Assembly: GCA_963818455.1 (NCBI GenBank)
Contig: CAWFSE010000003.1
Coordinates: forward strand, 128,506 to 192,505
Source of the DNA: an uncultured Actinomycetota bacterium
Lineage (GTDB): Bacteria; Actinomycetota; Actinomycetes; CAVWCF01
DNA: 64,000 bases
Direction of reading: 5' to 3'
Positions 57,900-64,000 of this stretch are shown here, one piece after another (position 1 is the stretch's first letter; each line of letters begins with the position of its first letter). Under the pieces are notes generated by a model. It worked only from the letters and a program-made list of their open reading frames with translations. It made no database searches and was not told the DNA's origin. The translations under genes were made by a program, and so were the position numbers.

Positions 57900-58652
57900 C
57901 TAGCGCGGCAGCCCGGGACCGAGGCCGGAGCGCACGAGCGACGCGTGCAGGGTCACCGAGAGCGCCGCCAGCTCGCGGACGACCTCTTCGGCGCGGGCCC
58001 GCGACTCCGAGCCCTTCTGCCGCAGCATCGGGGTCACGACCTGCTCCACCAGGCCGATCTCGCGGTCCGCCGCCGACTTGAACGCCTTCAGGTGGCGCGA
58101 TTCCAGGCCGAAGTCGGCCAGCCGCGCGACCGTGCGCGCCACCGTGAGGGCGTCGCCGTCGTAGTAGGCCGAACCGCTGCACGGGCCGATCAGGCCGTAC
58201 TGCTCGCACTGCGTGAGGGCCTCGTCGCCGAGGCCGGATGAGTCGAGCAGCTCGGCCCGGCTGAGCCGCAGCTCGTCGGGGTCGCGCGCGAAATCGGCCG
58301 CGGTGGGGTAGCCGTCGCCGCGCACTGCCGACAGCGGCACCCGCGGGGCGGTGCCGGGGGCCGCGGCGGGCTCAAGACCCCGGTCGAGGGCCTCCAGGTG
58401 CTCTTTGATGACCCGCAACGGGAGGTACTGGTCGCGCTGGGCGGACAGCACGTAGCGCAGCCGCTGGACGTCGTCGTGGCTGAACTTGCGGTAGCCCGAC
58501 GCCGTCCGCTGCGGCTCGACCAGGCCCTCCGACTCGAGGAACCGGATCTTGGAGATCGTGACGTCGGGGAAGTCCGGGCGGAGCTTGCCGAGGACCTCGC
58601 CGATCGACATGTACGCCCGGGCCGGGGCGACCCGCTGGGCCGACGAGGTCAT
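57900..58652 (-). CDS. MerR-family regulator (Rv1828/FtsR-like).
   Basis: Intact 250 aa. MSIGEVLGKLRPDFPDVTISKIRFLESEGLVEPQRTASGYRKFS... Confidence 0.85.
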   Translation of the reverse strand: MTSSAQRVAPARAYMSIGEVLGKLRPDFPDVTISKIRFLESEGLVEPQRTASGYRKFSHDDVQRLRYVLSAQRDQYLPLRVIKEHLEALDRGLEPAAAPGTAPRVPLSAVRGDGYPTAADFARDPDELRLSRAELLDSSGLGDEALTQCEQYGLIGPCSGSAYYDGDALTVARTVARLADFGLESRHLKAFKSAADREIGLVEQVVTPMLRQKGSESRARAEEVVRELAALSVTLHASLVRSGLGPGLPR

Positions 58653-59113
58653 GCCCCCTCCCCTGCCTGCTGCGGTGCGGCGTCGTGGAACACCATCCGG
58701 AACTTCCCGATCTGCACCTCGTCGCCGCCCGCCAGCGCGGCGCGCTCCACGGCCGAGCGGTTGACGTACGTGCCGTTCAGGCTGCCGACATCCTCGACGG
58801 CGAAGCCGGCCGCGGTGCGGACAAACCGCGCGTGGTGGCGAGACACCGTGATGTCGTCGAGGAAGATCTCGTTGTCCGGGTTGCGGCCCACTGTCGTGGT
58901 GTCGGCGTCGAGCAGGAATCGGGCGCCCGCGGACGGCCCCTGCTGCACGACGAGCAAGGCCGTTCCCGGCAGCAGCGCCTCGATGACGGCGTTGGCCTCC
59001 CGTGCGGCCTCCGCGGCCTCGTCCGCGGGTTCGGGGGCGCCCGTTGGCGCCCCCTGGCCGCCGAGGCCCTGCAGCGTCGTGGTGTCGTCCATCCCCGCCT
59101 CATCGCCCGGCAT
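58649..59113 (-). CDS. garA: FHA-domain regulator GarA/OdhI.
   Basis: ATG 59113 has GAGAGG 8 nt upstream (the track ORF starts at GTG 59122). N-terminal Thr cluster DDTTTLQ. FHA core ..TVGRNPDNEIFLDDITVSRHHARF..VEDVGSLNGTYVN... Confidence 0.9.
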   Translation of the reverse strand: MPGDEAGMDDTTTLQGLGGQGAPTGAPEPADEAAEAAREANAVIEALLPGTALLVVQQGPSAGARFLLDADTTTVGRNPDNEIFLDDITVSRHHARFVRTAAGFAVEDVGSLNGTYVNRSAVERAALAGGDEVQIGKFRMVFHDAAPQQAGEGA

Positions 59114-59148
59114 GGCGGCCACCTCTCGACGTCTGGTTGAGGGTGAGA

Positions 59149-59178
59149 AGCGTAGGCAGGGCGGAGGCCCGCGGTCAA
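59149..59178 (-). promoter_or_regulatory. Candidate promoter TTGACC-18-TACGCT upstream of garA.
   Basis: Minus strand: TTGACC (59178-59173), 18 nt, then TACGCT (59154-59149). It is preceded by a GGCCGG..CCGGCC hairpin just after the gcvH stop. Confidence 0.4.
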
Positions 59179-59206
59179 CTGGCCGGGGCGGGCCTTCCGG
59201 CCGGCG

Positions 59207-59590
59207 TCAGGCGGTCGAGGCCGAGTACGCCGCTGCGTCCAGCAGCCCGGCGGCCTGGCCTGCGTCGGCGAGCCGCAACTCGAACATCCAGCCCTCGCCG
59301 TAGGGGTCGCTGTTGACGAGCTCCGGGGCGCCGTCCAGCGCCTCGTTGCGGGCCGTCACCTCGCCGCTGAGCGGGGCGTAGATGTCGCTCACGCTCTTGG
59401 TCGACTCGACCTCGCCGCAGGCCTGGCCGGCGTCCAGCCGGGCCCCGACCTCGGGCAGGGAGACGTACACGATGTCGCCGAGGGCCTCCTGCGCGTAGTC
59501 GGTGATGCCGACCCGGACCGTGCCCGGCTCCGCGCCATCGACCCGCACCCACTCGTGCTCCGCGGTGTACTTCAGATCCTCGGGGTTCAC
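59207..59590 (-). CDS. gcvH: Glycine cleavage system H protein.
   Basis: Intact 127 aa. Lipoyl-lysine context ..[16 protein letters not shown]... Confidence 0.95.
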   Translation of the reverse strand: MNPEDLKYTAEHEWVRVDGAEPGTVRVGITDYAQEALGDIVYVSLPEVGARLDAGQACGEVESTKSVSDIYAPLSGEVTARNEALDGAPELVNSDPYGEGWMFELRLADAGQAAGLLDAAAYSASTA

Positions 59591-59643
59591 TCGCTCGCCT
59601 TCCGCGCAGCAGGGATGGGACGCCCGCGGACGGCCGAAGCCGC

Positions 59644-60355
59644 CTAGGGCGCGGGTTGAGCGTAGTCAGCCGCCGAAAGCGCCCGCAACGCGTCCACCGT
59701 CACCGTCTCCTGCTCCACCACCGTGGCGTCGCCGCCGCCCCCGCGGACGCTGTCGAGAACCCCGCCGGGGATCCGCAGCGCCGCAGCCAGGGTGCGCGGG
59801 TCGCCGATCACCCGGAACTCGTAGGGGCCGTCCACGGTGACGCCGTCGACCTGCACACGGCCGTCCGGGGCCTGGGTGAAGTACGTCGAGGCGACGACCC
59901 GCACGTCGCCGAGCTGGATCGCCTCCGCCCCCGCGTCGCGCAGCTCCTGCACGGTGTCGAGGAGCAGAGCGGCGTCATCCACGCCGTCGATGGTCACCAC
60001 GAGGCCGGGCCCCTCGGCGGCGACCGTCCCGGCGAGGATGCCGAGCACCGCCGCCCGCCGCTCGGCCTCCGCCAGGGCGGCCTCGTTCGCCGGCCGAGCC
60101 GGAGCGCAGGCGGTCGCGGGTGGCGGACAGGTCGCGGAGCTCGGCCTGCAGCCGGTCGGAGCGGACCGACAGGTCGTCGAGGATGCCGACCAGGTCGGAC
60201 TGGCGGGCGGTGGCGAGGTTGTCGTCGGCGGCGCCGACCTGGACGACAATCCCGAAACCCAGCAGCGCGAACAGCGCGCCGACGAGCAGGTGGCTGGCGT
60301 CGCGCTTGGGGCGCAGGGCGCCGCGCACGCGCGCCCAGGAGCGGTTGGTGCTCAT
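59644..60355 (-). pseudogene. DUF881 domain membrane protein. One frameshift.
   Basis: The N-terminus with TM segment is in ORF 59975..60355. The DUF881 core (..GPGLVVTIDG..LLLDTVQELRDAGAEAIQLGDVRV..) is in ORF 59644..60249. The switch lies near 60085-60100. Confidence 0.8.
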
Positions 60356-60684
60356 GCGCCGAACAGCTTCCGCCGGATGGCGGCGGCGTTGGCGAAGATC
60401 CGCATGGCGAGCACGACGACAACGCCGGTGGACAGCTGCGCCCCCACGCCGAGCTGGTCGCCGAGGAAGACGATGAGCGCGGCCACCAGGACGTTCGACA
60501 CGAACGAGATGACGAACACCCGGTCGCTGAAGACCCCGTCCACGATGGCCCGCGCGGCGCCGAAGACCGCGTCCAGCGCCGCCACCACGGCGATCGGAAG
60601 GTACGGCTGCAGCCAGATCGGGATGGTGGGCTGGAGCAGCAGCCCCGCCACCACGCCGAGGATGAGGCCGACGACGGCGATCAC
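60352..60684 (-). CDS. Small basic membrane protein (DUF1290/SBP).
   Basis: GTG 60684 overlaps the upstream stop. 110 aa. VIAVVGLILGVVAGLLL..AAIRRKLFGA*. Flanked by two DUF881 genes, as in Rv1823-Rv1825. Confidence 0.75.
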   Translation of the reverse strand: MIAVVGLILGVVAGLLLQPTIPIWLQPYLPIAVVAALDAVFGAARAIVDGVFSDRVFVISFVSNVLVAALIVFLGDQLGVGAQLSTGVVVVLAMRIFANAAAIRRKLFGA

Positions 60685-61487
60685 GGCGCCTCCCGGGCGT
60701 ACAGCAGGTCCGGCAGGGCGGCCGCGGGAAGCACGACCCGATCCCGGCTGGTGACGGAGAAGCTCAATCCATACGTGCTCTGCAGGGTACGCAAGGACTC
60801 GGCGGCAGGTCCGGTCACGAACCGCGGCTCCATGCGCTTGGGGTCGCCGATGGCCGTGATCGTGTACGGCGTGGTGAGGGGCCGGTAGTCGACGAGGATC
60901 GCATCGCCCGCGGACCGGATCGCCGAGCGGCTGGTCAGCCGCAGGCCGTTGACGGCGATGGCCTCGGCGCCGGCGGCCCACAGCCCGTTCACCGCGATCT
61001 GCAGGTCGCGGTCGAGCACCCGGGCCAGCGTGGGATCGTCGCCTTGCGGGTCGGCCGCGTCGTCCAGCACGACCTCGACGCCCGGGCCCACCACGGCCGC
61101 TCCCCCGGCGCCGAGCTCCAGCGCCTGCAGGCGGGCGGCGTCCGCGGTGCCCAGCCGCTCCTCGCGGAGACCGGAGACCTCGCTGCGCAGGGCCGCCGCC
61201 TCCGCCGCCAGGGCGTCGGTCTCGGCCGTCTGCGCGGCCACGTCGTTGAGCAGCCCGGCCCGGGCCGCGGCGACATCGGGGGCCGAGCGCCGAACCTGGA
61301 CGAGGGCGGCGGCGAGCAGCAGGCCGGCCAGGGCGAAGACCACCACCAGCGCGATCCAGGAGCGCGGACCGCCGACGCCGCGGCCCTCCTCGGCGGTCCG
61401 GGCGTAGTCCGGATCGAGGGCGTCGGCCGCCAGCCGGTCCAGCAGCGACATGGTCGACCACGGGCTGGACGTGGGCGGCGTGGTCAC
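60681..61487 (-). CDS. DUF881 domain membrane protein.
   Basis: Intact 268 aa, with a TM segment and then ..GPGVEVVLDD..RDLQIAVNGLWAAGAEAIAVNGLRL... Confidence 0.8.
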   Translation of the reverse strand: MTTPPTSSPWSTMSLLDRLAADALDPDYARTAEEGRGVGGPRSWIALVVVFALAGLLLAAALVQVRRSAPDVAAARAGLLNDVAAQTAETDALAAEAAALRSEVSGLREERLGTADAARLQALELGAGGAAVVGPGVEVVLDDAADPQGDDPTLARVLDRDLQIAVNGLWAAGAEAIAVNGLRLTSRSAIRSAGDAILVDYRPLTTPYTITAIGDPKRMEPRFVTGPAAESLRTLQSTYGLSFSVTSRDRVVLPAAALPDLLYAREAP

Positions 61488-62113
61488 GGCAGGTCAGACG
61501 CGGGCGTGGCGCCAGGGGTTCCGCGCCTCGCCTCTCGGGCGAGCTGGCGCACCTGCCACAGGTAGAGCAGCCCCGCCCACCAGTAGAGCGCCGACCCCCA
61601 GATCGCGAAGGCCCAGCCGACGACGCGGGCGACCAGGGCCAGGGCGCCGGCGCCGTCCCCCAGCAGCAGCAGCGGGAAGGCGTACAGCAGGTTGAAGGTG
61701 GCCGCCTTGCCCAGGAAGTGCACGGGCAGCGGGCCGTACCCCAGGTGGCGCAGGATCGGCAGGGTTGCGGCGAGCACCACATCGCGGGCCAGCAGGGCGA
61801 TCACGAGCCACCACGGCACGATGTCGCGCAGCGCCAGGCCGAGCAGGGTCGCGATGATGTACAGGCGGTCGGCCAGCGGGTCGAGCAGCTGGCCCAGCCG
61901 CGAGATCTGGTGCAGCCGGCGGGCCAGGACCCCGTCGAGGTAGTCGGTGAAGCCGCTCACCATCAGCAGCCCGACGGCCCAGTAGTCGGCCGTCTCGTTG
62001 TCCTGCAGGATCAGCCAGAGGAAGAGCGGGACGCCGAGCAGCCGCAGGAAGGACAGCGCGTTGGGAACCGTCCAGATCCGATCGGTCTGGACCTCGGTCT
62101 CCTGCACCTCCAC
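61484..62113 (-). CDS. pgsA: CDP-alcohol phosphatidyltransferase (PgsA-like).
   Basis: Intact 209 aa. Motif ..DYLDGVLARRL..GQLLDPLADRL.. (D-G-x2-A-R...D-x3-D). Confidence 0.85.
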   Translation of the reverse strand: MEVQETEVQTDRIWTVPNALSFLRLLGVPLFLWLILQDNETADYWAVGLLMVSGFTDYLDGVLARRLHQISRLGQLLDPLADRLYIIATLLGLALRDIVPWWLVIALLARDVVLAATLPILRHLGYGPLPVHFLGKAATFNLLYAFPLLLLGDGAGALALVARVVGWAFAIWGSALYWWAGLLYLWQVRQLAREARRGTPGATPASDLP

Positions 62114-62137
62114 CTGCGCGACCCTACCGGGGGTCGG

Positions 62138-62882
62138 TCACGATCCGACCCGCTCCCAGCCGCGCCGCGGCGCGTGGCCCTGCGGTCCGGTCAGCCCGGC
62201 GTCCTTGGTGCGGTAGACGACGTACGGCCGGAACAGGTAGCCCACCGGGGCCGAGAAGGCGTGGACGAGCCGGGTGAAGGGCCAGACCATGAACAGCAGC
62301 ATGCCGGCGACCGCGTGGACCTGGAAGGACGGCGGGGCCTCGGCCATCAGCTCGCCCTCGGGCTGCAGCACCAGGATCGACCGGAACCACACCGAGACGT
62401 CCTCGCGGTAGTTGTGGCCCGTCGCCGATGATCCCGGCGCCCACCATGGTGGTGAGCAGGCCCAGGCAGATCGCCGACACCAAGAAGATGTACATCACCT
62501 TGTCGTTCTTGGTCGTCGCCATGAAGACCGGGCCGGTGGTGCGGCGACGGTAGATGAGCATCGAGACGCCCACGAGCGTCGCGAGCCCGGCCAGCGCGCC
62601 GAGCCCGACGGCGAAGGCGTGGTAGACGTCCTCGCTGATCCCCACCCACTCGGTCCAGGCCTCCGGGACCAGCAGGCCGACGACGTGGCCGCCGACCACC
62701 GCGAGGATCCCGAGGTGGAACAGCGGGCTGGCGATCCGCAGCAGGGAGCGCTCGTACAGCTGCGACGAACGGGTCGTCCAGCCGAACCGGTCGTAGCGGA
62801 ACCGCCACCACACCCCGACCACCAAGACGGCGATCGTGATGTACGGCAGCACATCCCACAGGAAGAGGTCCAACGGGCTCAT
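62138..62882 (-). pseudogene. narI: Respiratory nitrate reductase gamma subunit. One frameshift.
   Basis: N-terminus MSPLDLFLWDVLPYITIAVLVVGVWWRFRYDRFGWTTRSSQLYE... The C-terminal part (..VWFRSILVLQPEGELMAEAPPSFQVHAVAGMLLFMVWPFTRLVHAFS..) is in ORF 62138..62392. The switch is at a GGG run near 62416-62420. Confidence 0.9.
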
Positions 62883-63586
62883 CGCGCGGCTCCATCCAGA
62901 AGGGGCAGCAGGGGCTGGCCTGCGGGCGGGTACGGCATGAGGTCGAGGCCCACCGCCTCGGCCGGCGGCCCGGCCATGGCCAACCGCCGGGCCTCGCGGA
63001 GGTCGCCCGGGCCCGGCTCGGGCAGCGTCGCGGCGACCGCGCCGACCACGCCCGCGTACGGGCTGCCGTGCTCGGCGAGCGAGTCCCGCACCATGGCGAT
63101 GGGGGTGGCGTGCGCGGCGAGCAGCTCTGCCCCGCCGGCCGGGTCGACCGTGGCGGCGAACTCGAGGACCACCGCCAGGTGGTCGGCCAGCTCGTGCGCG
63201 GGCGGGGTGGCGCCCGCCTCGCGGTAGGCGCTGGTGAACCGCAGGATCGCCTGCCCGCGGTTGCGGGTGTCGCCGGCCGTCCAGTAGGTGAGGAAGAGCG
63301 TGCGTCGGCGCTTCTGGTCGAACGTCTCGACGTAGCGGGCCTGGGCGTCGATCAACCGGCCCTGCGTCGCGGCCTGCAGGAGGTCGTCGGCAAGGGCACG
63401 CAACGGCTCGCCGAGGGCCGCGGGCAGCGCGTCGACCGCCTCGCGCACCATCGGCAGGTCGGCGACCAGGGCCTCGTCGGGATAGGCCAGCAGGAGGGAT
63501 GCGGCCTGCCAGCAGATGCGGCGGTCGCGCTCGCGGATGACCGTGGGCCGGCGGCCGTTGCGGGTGGGGAGCAGGCGCGCCCTCAT
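62879..63586 (-). CDS. narJ: Nitrate reductase molybdenum-cofactor assembly chaperone.
   Basis: Intact 235 aa, located between narH and narI. ..RICWQAASLLLAYPDE..YVETFD..RRTLFLTYW... Confidence 0.85.
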   Translation of the reverse strand: MRARLLPTRNGRRPTVIRERDRRICWQAASLLLAYPDEALVADLPMVREAVDALPAALGEPLRALADDLLQAATQGRLIDAQARYVETFDQKRRRTLFLTYWTAGDTRNRGQAILRFTSAYREAGATPPAHELADHLAVVLEFAATVDPAGGAELLAAHATPIAMVRDSLAEHGSPYAGVVGAVAATLPEPGPGDLREARRLAMAGPPAEAVGLDLMPYPPAGQPLLPLLDGAAR

Positions 63587-64000
63587 GGCCGCTCCTCCCC
63601 CGCGCCCTCGGCCGGGACGTCGGCGCCCGGTGGGAAGAGCCCCTGCGGGCTGCCCTGGCCGTCCCAGTTGAGCAGGTTGACCCGGCCGGGACCGCCTCGG
63701 GTGCCGGACAGGTTCTCCGACGACTGCCGCTCCTTGAGCGCGTGGAACGTCTCCACGGCGACGGGCACCGGGGTGCCGGAGGCCTCGCCGAAGGGGCCGG
63801 ACCCGGTGAGGTACATCCCCGGCCCGCCGTCGAAGTCGAGCGAGCAGCCCGGCTCCTCCGCCTGGCCCCTGAGGTTGGCGGGCACCGCGTAGCCGCTCGG
63901 GATGACGTAGCGGTCGTCGTACTTGGCGATGGCCAGCAGCCGGTACATCGCGTACAGCGACTCCTCGGTCATGCCGACGGCCTCGGGGATCTCCGGTCGG
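63583..64000 (-). CDS. narH: Respiratory nitrate reductase beta subunit, C-terminal part. The gene continues past the window end.
   Basis: ..YRLLAIAKYDDRYVIP..ETFHALKERQ... The ORF is open to the window edge and its stop overlaps the narJ start. Confidence 0.85.
   Translation of the reverse strand, partial: RPEIPEAVGMTEESLYAMYRLLAIAKYDDRYVIPSGYAVPANLRGQAEEPGCSLDFDGGPGMYLTGSGPFGEASGTPVPVAVETFHALKERQSSENLSGTRGGPGRVNLLNWDGQGSPQGLFPPGADVPAEGAGEERP

Overview
Very GC-rich actinobacterial core chromosome. Gene order resembles the mycobacterial Rv2089c-Rv2124c and Rv1822-Rv1832 neighbourhoods, judged from memory and not from a search.

Left to right:
- metH (5' truncated), a HAD phosphatase, a MacB-type ABC exporter, a RecB-like nuclease, an M50 protease and trmI.
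- A complete Pup-proteasome locus: arc, dop, pup, prcB, prcA, pafA, then a YbjN-like gene, two FKBP isomerases and DUF3866, then pafB and pafC.
- A zinc-ribbon orphan, tatA/tatC, a lipid kinase, helY, a P-type ATPase, a 5'-3' exonuclease, an M24 peptidase and an acyl-CoA dehydrogenase.
- A long structured intergenic leader and an Lrp-linked lysine-aminomutase cluster (kamA | kdd-amidohydrolase-kamD-kamE-hotdog).
- lnt-ppm1, fxsA, rbpA, transporters, a second P-type ATPase, a GCS2 ligase and gcvP.
- MerR/DUF151/MerR/garA/gcvH, DUF881-SBP-DUF881, pgsA and narI-narJ-narH (3' part).

I saw no rRNA, tRNA, CRISPR array, transposase, integrase or recognisable defence system.

The dominant signal is technical or evolutionary. 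About 27 of about 63 genes have broken reading frames as assembled, although the encoded peptides remain well conserved in every frame piece. There are two dense hot zones, 29.7-32.0 kb and 47.0-49.8 kb. I interpret most breaks as probable assembly or polishing indels, but this must be checked against reads.

The best candidates for new biology:
1. The roughly 215-nt multi-stem leader at 32169-32383, which I could not assign to a known riboswitch class.
2. The aerobic-actinobacterial lysine 2,3-/5,6-aminomutase cluster, which lacks kce and carries an embedded amidohydrolase.

Coordinates of frameshifted genes are my manual tiling of the six-frame track. Functions are inferred from motifs and remembered family sequences, not from database searches.
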